Of a DNA stretch of 43,234 nucleotides, positions 1 through 12,083 are shown in pieces. The first letter of the stretch is position 1, and each line of letters starts with the position of its first letter. The stretch spans positions 62,001 through 105,234 of the forward strand of contig JAPEUG010000009.1 of assembly GCA_026025795.1 (NCBI GenBank), read 5' to 3'. Both the position numbers and the translations under genes were made by a program. The DNA comes from Thelocarpon superellum. Its lineage: Eukaryota. The notes below the pieces were generated by a model. That model was not told the DNA's origin. It saw only the letters and a program-made list of their open reading frames with translations, and did not search any database.

Positions 1-425
1 TGGATCAGGGCGGGCGAGCCGTCTCTCTACTTGCTGACCACTGACGAACTCCAGCGTTCCACACATTCTTTCCTGAAGCATTGACTGCCTCTCCACATTG
101 TTCCCGATCGGACTTCCGTTCATCGCCACTCCTTCCACTCCGGCCAGCTGACGACATCGGGGCTCGCTCGGTGCTCCGCGGCGCTCCCCCGGCCCTTTCA
201 CGTTTCAGCGTGCCCACACCTCACACCGTTCGTTCGTGAACACCCTGCGAGTCCACTGGTTGGCCACGTCGCATAGTCTGCTTCATGCCTTGATGCTTGA
301 CGTTCCGACGCCAAGCCTTGATCTTCTCCTCCAACGCTTCCTCGGCCAGGCCGATAACACTGTCTTTCCCCACATCTTGGCTCTCGACTCCCCGGATCGG
401 ACGTCGAGAGCATTCCTCTATCGCC

Positions 426-2400
426 ATGGCGAGCTGGCAGCTCTGGTCGCTCTGCATCGCGGCCGCCACGCTGGTGGCCGCCGACAAGGCCACGATCGCA
501 TACAATGGATACGGCACTCGAATTACTACGGGCGCACAGGTCGCCGGCGCAACTGCGGCTAGCCAGGCGGGCGCGGCCGACCACGGCGGGCAAGAGGGTC
601 CAACGACGGCGGACATGGAGAATATGAAATACTACGTCTACCTGATGGCGGTGCTGTCGTCGACGATCGCCACGACGTTTTGCTTTCAACACCTCATGCG
701 CGGCATGCGCTACGTGCGCACCATTGCCTGTCTGAACAACGACACCCAGCGGTACTTTGTCATCCCCAACAACGCCTTGGCCCACTTCAAGCGGCATCTT
801 CTGTACGCGCCGCTCTTCCGCAAACGCCACAGCAGCGAGTTCAGCCGGGCGATCGACCTGGGCGTCCTGCCGACGCGCGTGCAATCGCTCTTCATCCTTG
901 GCTACGTGGGAACCAACGTCGCCTTTTGCCTGCTCAGCATCGACTGGTCGTCCCCATCCACTACGGTGCTGGCGGAATTCCGGAACCGAACCGGCATCTT
1001 GGCCGTCGTCAACATGGTCCCGCTGTTCATCATGGGCGGGCGGACCAACCCGCTGATCAGCCTGCTCAACATCCCGTTTGACTCCTTCAACCTGATACAT
1101 CGGTGGTTCGGCCGCATCGTCGTGGTCGAGGCTGTCTGCCACACGTGCGCCTACATCATCTCCAAGGTCCAGACGACGGGATGGCGCAGCGTAGAGGCGG
1201 CCATGAAAGAAGGCAACATGATCATGGGGGGACTGGTTGGAACGATCGCTCTGGTGGTGATCTTGCTCCAATCGTTTGCCGCCGTGCGCCACGCCTTTTA
1301 CGAAATCTTCTTGCATCTCCACCTTCTCCTAATCACCGTGGTCGTGGTTGGCCTGTGGCTTCACTTGCAAAATCTACCGCAGATGACGTTCTTGGTCGCC
1401 GGAGTGGTGATCTGGAGTCTCCTGGTATGTATCGGGGATACTTGATGGACGTGCGACCGGCTGATGATTGTAGCGATCATGGCGCGTGGTGACGCTGACT
1501 TATCGGAACTTTGGCCCCGGCAAAACTCAGGCATATGTGGAGGTGTTGCCAGGCGACGCCGTCCGCGTCACGCTCACCATGCCACGTCCTTGGCACTCTC
1601 GGCCGGGCCAACACCTGTTCCTTTACGTGCCGTCGCTCTCACTGTGGATGTCGCACCCTTTCTCGGTCGTGTGGAGTGAGCAAGAGACGGACATTGGCGG
1701 CGAGAAGGGGATTGTGATGGATCGACAAGATATTCACACGCTGCGCAAGTCGAGCGTGTCTCTCATCATCCGTCGACGCGTGGGATTCACCGAGAAGCTC
1801 TACAAGAAGGCGGCACAAGCCCCGGATCAGAAGTTCTCCGTCAGGGCCTACGTCGAGGGACCATACGGAGGGCTGCAGAGTCTCGAGTCATACGGCACGG
1901 TGATGCTATTCGCCGGAGGGGTGGGCATCACGCATCAAGTGCCTTATGTGCGACAGCTGGTGGATGGATTTGCCAATGGAACGGTAGCGGCACGCAAGGT
2001 GGTTTTGGTTTGGGTGATCCGAAGTCCCGGTATGGAAGGCAGAAGAGGGAGACGGGTGATCGACAGCGCTAACGACTCGACAGAACACCTCGAGTGGATC
2101 CGATCATGGATGACGACGATCCTGGCCATGCCGCGACGTCGCGAAGTGCTCCGCATCCTGCTCTTCGTCACGCGACCACGATCGTCGAAGGAAATCCACA
2201 GCCCGTCGGCGACGGTGCAGATGTTCCCGGGCAAACCCAACGTGCAGACTCTGATCACGATGGAATCCGAGAACCAAGTCGGCGCCATGGGCGTGAGCGT
2301 CTGCGGACCGGGCGCCTTGGCCGACGATGTCCGACGAGCCGTGCGACAACGGCAGACGATCTGCAGTGTCGATTTCCTCGAGGAGTCTTATTCATGGTGA
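426..2400 (+). CDS. Ferric/cupric-chelate reductase (FRE family), 3 exons: 426-1424, 1474-2029, 2084-2400
   Basis: Signal-peptide-like N-terminus (MASWQLWSLCIAAATLVAA). Transmembrane region with heme-ligand His motifs (NLIHRWFGR, AVCH, FYEIFLHLH). FAD-binding PGQHLFLY and HPFSV; NADPH-binding VEGPYG, LFAGGVGIT and CGPG; ends FLEESYSW. Introns GTATGT..TAG 1425-1473 and GTATGG..GCTAAC..CAG 2030-2083 give a continuous frame (SP|EHLEW). Confidence 0.93.
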
Positions 2401-2656
2401 GGAGCGCTTGACGCACGCTCTGAGGGTTATGGCGAGGAGACTGTCTCTACCGTGGTTCACAATTATCTTCATCTTCTGTTCTGCCGGGTTTCTTTTGAGG
2501 CACACTTTGAGTCTCTCTGCATAGCATTGGCATGCATTTGACTTGCCTTGACTTTACCTCTGATTCCCATTCATTCCGAGGTCGGGATCGAGCTGCATGC
2601 AAGCATGTAAGCGAGGAGTAACCAACGAGGGCTGATGGGATGGAAGGAACTGAAAC

Positions 2657-2723
2657 GGAAGGGAAGGGGAGGGAAGGGGAGGGAAGGGAAGGGACAAGAG
2701 ATAGGATAGGATAGGATAGGATA
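2657..2723. repeat. Purine-rich microsatellites (GGGAA/GGGGA)n followed by (GATAG)n
   Basis: Directly visible tandem pentamers between the convergent ferric reductase and CLU1 genes. Confidence 0.85.
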
Positions 2724-3371
2724 TACAATGAGATTTCCCATTGTACGAATCTGACATGACGTTGTAGGACCGAAGAGAAGAAAGAGTGGATAGGATAAGT
2801 GGACGGGTAGATGGATAGATGAATAGATAAGTAGATATGTGGATGAGTGGAGAAGGTCTTTCTTTCTTTCTTACTTGCTTGTGCTATGTACATTACTTAC
2901 CCACCGTTCACTGTCCACTGTCCACTATTCCCCATCTATCTAACAATCGATCTGTGCAGTCCATCCATCCATCCAGTCATCTGTCTTCTAAGGCGGTACT
3001 TAACAACAGGGTACGGTAACAGAAAGGAGAAGGAGTTGAACAACGGCCATAGGGGCGATCATGCACGCGACGCGCACACCACACCACACCACACCACACA
3101 AGCAATGCCCATGACAGGTACGACCACAAGCTTGGCTATGCAAAGGCGGTGCGAGAAACAACCAAGAATCAAAAATGATCAATGATGAACGATGAACGAT
3201 GAACGCGAGGAAAGCGAGGAGAGGACAAGATGGGATGAAGTAGAGACTGCTAGGATGCTTGGCCTAGCGCCTCTCATGCTTTCATCATCAAACGGGACTG
3301 GAGAGGAGAAGGGGAAGAGACAAGAGAGAAAGTAGATGGGATGAAAAGATTGGGCAGAGAAGTGAAGGTGT

Positions 3372-3435
3372 TGGAGTGGAGTGGAGTGGAGTGGACGGAG
3401 TGGATTGGGCGCGGAGTGGAGTGAGCGGAGTGGAG
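3372..3435. repeat. (TGGAG)n imperfect microsatellite just downstream of the CLU1 stop
   Basis: ttggagtggagtggagtggagtgga... is directly visible. Confidence 0.8.
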
Positions 3436-3442
3436 CAGATGC

Positions 3443-6400
3443 TCATGCCGCCGCACCGACCGTACTCTTCCCCGTCCCTGTCGCCGCCGCCGTACCCAAC
3501 CCACCCCTCCGTTTGGGATTTCCCCGTCCAGGTCTCTTCTTCGTACTCGACGACGTCGCACTGGATCCTGTTCCCGATCCGGTCCCAGCTCGAGATCGAC
3601 CCTCACTTCCCTCAATGAATTTCAGTAGTTCGTCGATGCTGCGCGAATCCAATAAACTGCGACGTCTGCCGCCTGTGCTGGTCGCTGTTTCTGGCACCGC
3701 ACCGACCTCCAACGCGGACTGTCCCACCGCGGGCTGGGCGCGCATACCCAACGTCACGCGGGGCGTCATAGGTCCCCGGCGGACTCGGCGCGCCTGCACG
3801 TCCTTGGCGTGTCGCGCAATTGACACCGCGTTCTGCGTCAGCTGCTCCAGCCAGTGCTCTGCTTCCTTGGTGTTCTTGTCCTGGGGCCCCAGCGTCGTCG
3901 TGTAGATGTTGAACGCTTCGCGCATCCTGCTCACAGCCCCCTTGGAATCCTGGTCCAGCGCCAGTGCTTGCGCGAGCTGGTACAGCAGCGTCGCTGTGTG
4001 CGGTGACTGCCGCCCGAACATCTGCTCGCTGATAGTCACGGACGCCTCGAACCACACTCGTGATTCGTGGTAGCATCGTAGATGTTGCAGCATCACGGCG
4101 CCATTGTTGATGGTCGTGATCGAGTCTGGGTGGTGCGCCCCGTACATCATCTTCCAAAGCTCCAGGGCATGCTGCACGTACGCCAGCGCCAGCCTCGTGT
4201 TGCCGTTGCCGTGCTCGAAGAGCGTCAGATTCAGATAGCTGAGCACCGTGTCCGCCGCATCGACGCCCAAGGTCCGTTCCGACACAATCACCGCTTTGCG
4301 TGCCAGCTCGACCGCCGCGCTCTTCTCTTCCAACTGAAAGTAGAGCATTGAGAGCTGCCCGTATACTCGCGCCACCTCGGGATGTAAAATCCCGTAGATC
4401 TGCTCGTGGAGGGACAACGATTCTAACAAGAGCTCCTGCCCCAGCTCCTTCTGGCCCTGGGCCATCGAGATGCGCCCCGCTTCCAACGCCTCCGCCGCGA
4501 GCACACTCTACGATGCGTCAGTAACGATCATGCACTCCTACGTCTCATTCACTCACTTTTGGTGCAGCGTCCTTGATCACTGGCACGACGTTGACAATGT
4601 CATCCGGCTGGACCCCGATCGAGGGACGTGGTGGCGTAGAGGACGAAGCGTCACGCGCCTTCTTCTTTTTCTTGCCTCCGCCGCCGTTGGCCGGTGCAGG
4701 CGCCGTGGCATGACCATTGGCCGCGAAATGTCCATTTGCCGTGACGGGACTGCGACCCCGGTCTGGTACGGCGTCCACGTCCGGTGACACAGGGCAGGAA
4801 TGGCCATCGAAATGGTAGTCCTTCGCCACCAGCTGCAGTCCCAGCTTCTGCGCAACCTCACGGAGCATCGGAAGGGGTGGCAGGCGTGAAGCCCAGTCGT
4901 CCGATAGCGTATACCCGTACCGTCGTCGAACCTCCTCTTCGAGGTCGTGCCGCATCGTCGGCCCGTCGACTCGGGTGAAGCCGAGCTCGGCCGTGGAGTA
5001 GAGCCGGCGCATCTCATCATCCACCACTGCCGTTGGAGCGGGATCCGCACCACGGTAGAGTAGCTGATTGAGAAGGTGTGCGGTGCATGACGCCGCAAAC
5101 GTCACGGGGAGGAAGCGAAGGTATCGGTTGGACACGTGCTTGAAGGCGCGCGCCACCATCTCACGCTCCGCCAGCGCTTGTAGCGCCAGCATCCGCGGTC
5201 CTTTGCCTCGCGCGAGCTTTGCAATGGTGCCCGAGTAGCGGACGTTGATCCCCCGCTTATGCAGCAGACGCGTGAGCGAGTCTCCATCCATGGGAAAGCC
5301 GACGTCGCCTTGGTCGAGGTCACGCATTAGCTCTGGCAGCACCTGGTCGGTGAGGAAGGCGCAAGCATCGCGGACATGGCGCTCATCACGGGCTTGTTCC
5401 TCTCGCTCCTCCGGTGTAGCAGGGTTCTGGCCATTAAAGACGTCGGGGTTCAAGGCCAGGTCGAATCCTGAGACATCCACGCGCTCCGCAGGTCGATCCG
5501 CCTCAGCAAGCTTCGTCGCCGTCGCTTTCTCCAACTCCGTTGCCGTCTCCGTTGCCGTCTCCGTTACGGCTCCACCTCCCGTCACAATTGGTTCCAACGC
5601 AGTCCCGTTTGATGAGGGAGCAGGCTCGAATACGTCATTGCCCTCCACGGCCGCTTCTTTGCGCCGGGTGAGTTCGGCATTCACAAATTCGGCAAGCTTG
5701 GATTTCCAAAAGGCGTCGACCAACTCGGGCCGCAGCACGGCCATGCGATGGGGATATCCCACGCCCCGGCTATCGCCGTTGGTCTTCACCTCACTCGATG
5801 CCTCCAGCGGGTGAGGCAGGTCGATCCAGTGCTCCTCGAGCCAGGCAATATCCAAGGGCGTGATGCGATACAGGTCCAGGGCGTACTTGCGACCGTCGGT
5901 ACCCAAGAGTCCCTTGGTCTCGACGCTGCCTTCGAGCTCATGGCGCCGGCCTTCCTTGTCCCAGACGGCGTGCTTCTTGGTGTGCAGTGCCTTGGATACG
6001 ACGCTAAAAGGCGCCACGAATTCCCCGTGTGTCGCCACCACGTCCTTCCCCTCGACGCCGCCATAGTCGATCTGGTGCTCGCCAGGCTCGCGCTGCTTGA
6101 AGATGCCAGGCACGATACTCTGGGCGACCAGTCGCCGGCCCAGGTAATCGACGACGACGGTGCCGGGGGTGAAGAGACCGGGGACGTCGAGTTGATTGAG
6201 CCTCCTCACGCCGGCAACGTCCTTACCAGTAGCGACGCGCGCCGCTGCGTCTCCCCCCTCGTGGGTGAATGTGCCGACCCCATCGGCGCCAAAGGAGAAA
6301 AAGATGTTGTTGTACACGAAGATCTGCGCGTTATCGCTCTCCGTCGGATTTAAGGGCGCCACCTCGCCCCGCGCGACCAAGATGGCGCCGCGGGCCGCGG

Positions 6401-7776
6401 CTTCGTTGTAGTCGGCAAACAGCTTCGACGTCAGACGCTCGCGAAAGACACGCTCTTGCACGGTCTCGCGCGGCAACTCGCGTGTGGACTGGAACTCCTC
6501 GTTCCAGTCACGCAGGGTCTCGGCGTTCTCGAGCCCGCCCAGGAGATAGCTCTCTTGCGTCCGGGTCAGATCGGCCTGGTGGGCGGTCAGGGTGCAGCTA
6601 GCAGGCGACACGAGCCATGGACTGGCGGGAATGGCGTTGGTGGGCTGGAAGGTGGATAAGGGATCCCGATCCTGCTGATTCGCATCCGAGAGTGCCTGGA
6701 AGGCGGCGCCAAAGGACGGCGAGATGGCGGAGAGGAGCGACAATAACGAGTGGCGCAAGAGGTCCTTGGGGGACGTGCGGGGAAAGGGGTCGAATTTGGT
6801 ATTGGAGCACTTATTCAGGTAGAAGCCCGCCACGGACGCGGTGATGTGGCACTGATCGCCCTCGAGCGTGGTCACGAGCAGATACAGGAGGTGACCGCGC
6901 TGACGTAGCGACGGCGGCGGTGGATTCCAGTGCGAGACGGTAAGCGCTTTGACGGTCTTGGGAGGCGCGGGTCGGCGTGGGGCCATCAGACATTCCCACG
7001 AGGCGGGAGCATCCAGGTTATAATCGCCAGTGCCCGAGGCGCTGGCAGCGGAGGACGTCGGGTCAGCATGTCCATTGGCACTAGGTAGGGACGTCGTCGC
7101 CGTTACAGCCAGGTCGTCATGTAGGGAGAGGCCGGCATCGATGCCGAGCAGCGTATCGGTGCGATCGCCGCCGGCGCCCAGCAGTTCTCGGACGCGGACG
7201 ACGTGCATGCGTGCATCTTTCTCCGTATACGGATCCTCCACCAAGGTCAGGGCACTTTCGGGGGTCAATCCCTCCACGTCGGAGAGTTCGATGAAGTCGT
7301 TGATGCGCCGGCCATCAAGCTCGAGATGGAAGCAGGAGTATTGCAATGTATCTGGATATTCGACAATGGTCTGGCGAATGTCTTGCATCTGCTCTTGCGT
7401 CGAAACCTTTGTTCGTGGTTAGCCCCGTCGATATCCCGCGCGCACTAGAGTCGTACCATGATCCGAATCTCGTGCGGTTCATGTGGCAGCTTGATGGTCA
7501 ATTGGAAGACTCCTGTGGGAGCCACGTCAGTCCATTGGTAGCAGCTCACGTTCGGAGTATATACCGTCATTCACCTCCGCATTCGGGATCTCCGTAGCAG
7601 GTCCCCCGCCAATTGCTGACGCGGCTCCTGGAGGGGTCGCATCATGAGGGTCCTGGGCCGAGACGACCTCTGGTGTGGAGGTCAGCAGGCGCACAGAACG
7701 AGTCGTGAATGGGGGTATGTTGGCACTGTTGCTTACCGGCATTTTCTGTCTGTGTCTCTGACGTCTCATGCCCCAT
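3443..7776 (-). CDS. CLU1: Clustered mitochondria protein CLU1/TIF31 (CLU_N, CLU, eIF3_p135 and TPR domains), 5 exons: 7776-7737, 7669-7565, 7512-7457, 7406-4557, 4507-3443
   Basis: Spliced N-terminus reads ...GVFQLTIKLPHEPHEIRIM|VSTQEQMQDIRQ. Hallmark motifs WNPPP, RDWNEEFQ, IFVYNNIFFS, VVDYLGRRLVAQSIVPGI, KGLLGTDGRKYALDLYR, LHKRGINVRY, and C-terminal TPRs (HEQIYGILHPEVA, SERTLGVD). Introns 7670-7736, 7513-7564, 7407-7456 and 4508-4556 have GT donors, branch sites and AG acceptors that preserve frame. Confidence 0.95.
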
Positions 7777-8228
7777 CCCGAGGGGTCGTGTAAGCGGCGT
7801 AGGCGATTTGGGGTGCTTGCGTGGTTTGACAGCACGCTGGCAAAAATTCGAGGTGCCCCGGTTGAGGTCGCGCACAGAAGCACCGACAGTGCAATGCGGC
7901 AGGACTAGGGCAAGGAGAGTGACCCGGGGCAAGATCAGCCGATGGGCGGCGGTTAGAATGGGCCAGGAAAGGAAGGGAAGGGACCAATGTGACCAGGTAG
8001 AGGCATGGTCGGGGATCGTAAGGGAGCGAGTGTCATGGAACGTCGAGTGGTCATGGACTTTGGCGTTTGGCGTTTGGCGTTTGGCCTCTGGACTTTTTTG
8101 GACATGCTGTAATGGCCTGGGCTAGTGCAAGCGCAGGTGCAAGGATGCCGCAAGGTGCACAAGAAGCAGCTCAGGCTTGGGAGCTAGGGAGCTCCGAGAA
8201 TTCCGGGACTCGTATGGGACTCTGTAAG

Positions 8229-9031
8229 TACGACGGACTATAACGCCGAGTGCGACACATCAGGAATTCGCGAATTCGCGTAGCGAATTTGCGATTCCCG
8301 ATTCCGAATTCCACGCAGCCAGCGACTGGGATCTGAGGTGGAGCTGCTGCATGTGCTGCTTCACCTCAGAGCTTCTCTCACTGCTGTGCCTATGGCAATC
8401 TTGCTCTTTGCTCTTAGAGGTTTGGATAGAGGCAGTGAGAGAGAAAGAAAGAGTGGTGTAGCATTGTAGAATATATATAGGTCTAGGAGCTCTATTCTGC
8501 CCCAGGGCTACCTATTACTCTTTATGAACTTGAGGACCCACCTACAGAGGACCTACCTGCAGAGGACCTGGCAGACCCTGGCCATCTCAATCCAGCAATG
8601 CACTCAACTCTTCAGAGCTGATACTATGGCTGAATGGAGGAAGAAGATGACATGGAGGTGGGAGAGGTCATCACCCAAGCTGTGCAAGAAGCTGAGGACA
8701 AGCAACAGCTCATAGTGATGAGTGGTGCCTAGGGATTATCAGTTGAGCAGCCATCTGGTGAGACTGGCTATCTCACAGAGGATTCCAAAATCAGCCTGGG
8801 CCAGGCTGAGCTGTAGATAGCAGTGCTATAGGGATTGAGAAATCTCCCTCTCATAGACTACATTCTAATCAAACCTCTCCCTTGTCTACACTGGGTGGTG
8901 CAGCATCATCTCCATCAGTTGTTGTTGTACTGCGCTGTGTGGATTCGGAATCGGGGAATCGGGAATCGCAAATTCGCGTAGCGAATTCGCAAATTCTTGA
9001 TGTGTCGCACTCGGCGTTATAGTCCGTCGTA
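8229..9031. mobile_element. Non-autonomous DNA transposon (MITE-like/deletion derivative), 803 bp, with ~90-bp imperfect TIRs (outer 34 bp perfect) and an apparent 7-bp TSD CTGTAAG
   Basis: Left end TACGACGGACTATAACGCCGAGTGCGACACATCA (8229-8262) is the exact reverse complement of 8998-9031. Similarity continues inward through GAATTC/GATTCC sub-repeats. CTGTAAG directly flanks both ends (8222-8228, 9032-9038). No intact transposase ORF inside. Confidence 0.9.
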
Positions 9032-9628
9032 CTGTAAGGTATTCCTGCGAGCTCCGACTCGCCAACTACTAGTTGACGCTATTTAGCCGGAAAATTCGGA
9101 AGATGTCGGGAGATCCAACCGAGTTGGCGGCACTTGCTGGGACGATACGGCGGGCTACTCATGCCACTATTCACGTCATTCGTGTCTACGAGCACTGAGG
9201 ACATGAGGGGCAGAGATCGATATCTGTTGATGCGCACCACGGTAACTGAATGACATATGAATCCCATGTTCACATTGACCTGATCCATACAGCCTCGTTC
9301 TGCACTACTTCAATCATACAAAGAGACGATGCTCAGCCCCTTGTAGAAGCAACCATCCGTCGCTCTAACCATCTTCTCTAGTCGTGCAGTCGTACGGCTC
9401 AGGGTGGAGTGCTACTGGACATGAGAAAAGAAGTGGCCAACGTCACGCCCCACGCCCCATCCTTGGCCAGCAAGGGTCATGGCAATTTAGGCAGGACAGA
9501 ATTCCGGCCACGGCCACCATCGCCATGAAGATAACGCCGTCCAGCACCCAGTCCCACAATGCTCCCCGTCTCCCACGCTATGCTCTCCGTCACCGGCATA
9601 CCGGAACTCTTCCAGAATCCGCAGTGGT

Positions 9629-10049
9629 TCAGCTGACGGCACAGAGCAGCTCGGCCTCGAGGATGAATTTACCCTCCTTGTACTTCTCCGAGCTCTCGTA
9701 GGCGCGGTCGTACTTCCACCCCACAGTCTCCTTGCACTGTCGGCACATGACGTCGCGCACCACGTGCCGGCCCGTCGTCATCGTCCGTTCCGCCGCTTCA
9801 CCGAGCGTAACGTTGACCACGGAGTTGAAGAGATAGGCCTTTCCATGTTGCCCGCGGAAGTTCTACCAGAGCCCGGTTAGCCAAGATACCAATCCTCAAC
9901 ACCCCCACCCATAGTCCATCAGGAGCGAGCGGGGGTGGAAACACACGCACCCGGCTGACGATGTCATCATGATCCGCGAGATGGGTCTTGCAGTTCTTGC
10001 ATCCGTAGATGCGGTTCGAATTCAGATAGACATTGTACGCTAATCCCAT
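9629..10049 (-). CDS. MOH1: Yippee-like zinc-binding protein (YPEL/Moh1), 110 aa, 2 exons: 10049-9951, 9862-9629
   Basis: Spliced product [25 protein letters not shown]...[14 protein letters not shown]...[42 protein letters not shown] has both CxxC pairs of the Yippee family. Intron 9863-9950 is GTGCGT..GCTAAC..TAG. Confidence 0.95.
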
Positions 10050-11109
10050 CGTGCCGGGTCGGCTACCTGGATCGCGGCGGGGATGGCTAGGAGGCTTGAG
10101 GACAGAATTGAGAAGAGGGAAGAGGCAGTGGGGATCTCCGCTCGACGACGTGGAAGAGAGGATAAGGAGGGAGAGAGAGGTGCGGGGAGGTAGGCTGGCG
10201 AACTCGTGCTGTTCGAGCTCGGCAGATGACTTGAGCAGAGGTCGGTGACGGTGTTTGGGGATAAGAGTGCGCAACGGGTGGTGGCGGGCAGCCGTGGGCC
10301 CGGGTCTCGGACGCAATCTCACGTCTCGTGAGGCACGTCCGATGATCGGAGACCACACCCTCACCGCGCCCGACGACGACGACAAGATGAAGATGGCCCT
10401 TCTCGGCGGCCGAGTGCAAGCCCCGGCAGCGACAGGCTTGGTGTTACAGCGGTGGTAGGAGGGAAGATGTGAAGCTGGGCGATCTCCGTGAGCGACGGGC
10501 TGGAGCACCAGATCAGGGTTGGACGTGGAGAGGGGCGTGACCGAGAGGTGGGGAAGTTCGAGGGATCGAACTACCTGTACATAGTTAAACGACAATTGGA
10601 CTGAGGCGGTGCAAGCGCCCTCCGGACGGAGCCATCGATGCCACTTAACCCCATCTCGATCTAGCGGGGCCGTCATGCCACCCGGAGTTCACCTGAACAC
10701 CCCAATACGCACGAGCGAATCGACCGAGTGGATTACTCATGCGAGACGTAACGGACAGCCGCATCGGCCCGAGAAGCAACTTCATGGCTGGACAGCAAGA
10801 TGTTCAGAAGCGTGGTCCCTACGCAGATTATTTGGACCGTAGAGATAGATATGGTATAGATTTCCACGTTTCAGATCTACCACCGTCTACACGATGACGT
10901 AGGTCTGGCCGTTCGTGTGGCGATATCGCAAGTTCAATGACTATCGCCGCAAGAGAAAAGGAGGAAACATGGAGGATAGGCGTGCGATCAGACCACAATC
11001 GAAAACCAGGTTCGAATAGGTGGGCGAGAGAGGCGCATCAAGGTCATGGCTGGGGTGGAGCGAGTTTGGTTCGAGCAAGTGGAAACGGAGGCCTGGAGAG
11101 ATTCCACCT

Positions 11110-12083
11110 CTACACGTTACCCACCCAGATAAAGGCCAGCCCCGTCACCGCCGCCGCCGTGGACCAGAGCGTGGCATACCCGATGGCGCCATTATTCTCC
11201 ACCCCTTGCACCGTAACAAAGGTCTGGACCCACGTGTTCACGCCCGTCACAAACACTAGCGTTGCCGTCCGGAGAATGACGGCTTTGGTCCGGGCGGAGT
11301 AGCCCCAGAGATTGTAGTAGACCGTCTCCCCGAACGTCGCCGTGGTGGGATTGAACGCCACTTTGCCCGTCTCACCCGTCGCGGCGGTGAAGAGGAACTC
11401 CTGCGCCGCGTAGCCGATGGGTAGGCAGGTCGCGACTAGGAGCGGGAAGGCGGGCGCATGCGCCGCCGAAATATCGCGGATGCCGTCAAAGTGCACGACC
11501 AGATAGATGGGGAGCCAGCTTTGGTAGCTGGCGTAGAGCACCGTGCCGTACACCGCCGCTCCGAGCGCGGTCGTGAGCGCCCGGATGGGGAGATCGCTGA
11601 CGATGCTGCGGCTAGCCAATGGACGGCATAGGCGGAAGGGCAGGTATGTCGTGGTCAGATCGATGACGAGCGACGTCAGCACGGTGCCGGGGTGGATCTC
11701 GTAGAAGGTCCCCAGCAGGTAGAGCGGTGGGAGATGCGCCAGCAGCGTGAGCGAGGCCAGATCGATGCCTATCATGCGCCATCCATCAGCCATCCTGCCC
11801 GAGATCCCTTGCATCGTGTTCCCCTACCATCGTATTCCATCCACCAGCCAATCCCCAGTTCCGTGGCTCGCCATGCGATCAATCCTCCCACGTCCCGCCA
11901 TTCGTTCAGGCTGCGGCTGACACTCCCAAGATCGCCGGCGGTGAAGCGGACCAGACCAGAGTAGAGCAGCGAGGACAGGACGAGACTCGTGCTGAGGAGC
12001 AGCGGGAACTGGAGGGCGGGGGGGATACGTGACGGGGCCGGTGCGGCGGCGGGTGGTGACATGAGGGACTTGCGCGACGGCAT
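11110..12083 (-). CDS. Fungal multi-pass membrane hypothetical protein, 2 exons: 12083-11828, 11768-11110
   Basis: Two hydrophobic ORFs join in frame across intron 11769-11827 (GTAGGG..GCTGAT..TAG) to give MPSRKSLM...WWMEYD|GIDLASLTLLAHLP...WVGNV. Several TM-like segments; function not recognised. Confidence 0.75.

Noticed and set aside
351..358. GATAA as an SreA iron-repression site for the ferric reductase
   Set aside because: A single short match without the extended ATCWGATAA context, and most of the promoter may lie outside the window.
198..1322. Long antisense ORFs over real genes (also 27166-28191, 32368-33531, 13643-14317, 40070-40747)
   Set aside because: Typical antisense shadows of high-GC3 coding sequence with no recognisable motifs.
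9798..10676. 292-aa ORF as an N-terminally extended Yippee protein
   Set aside because: It reads through the 5' leader and an unspliced intron; the family-typical start is MGLAY at 10049.
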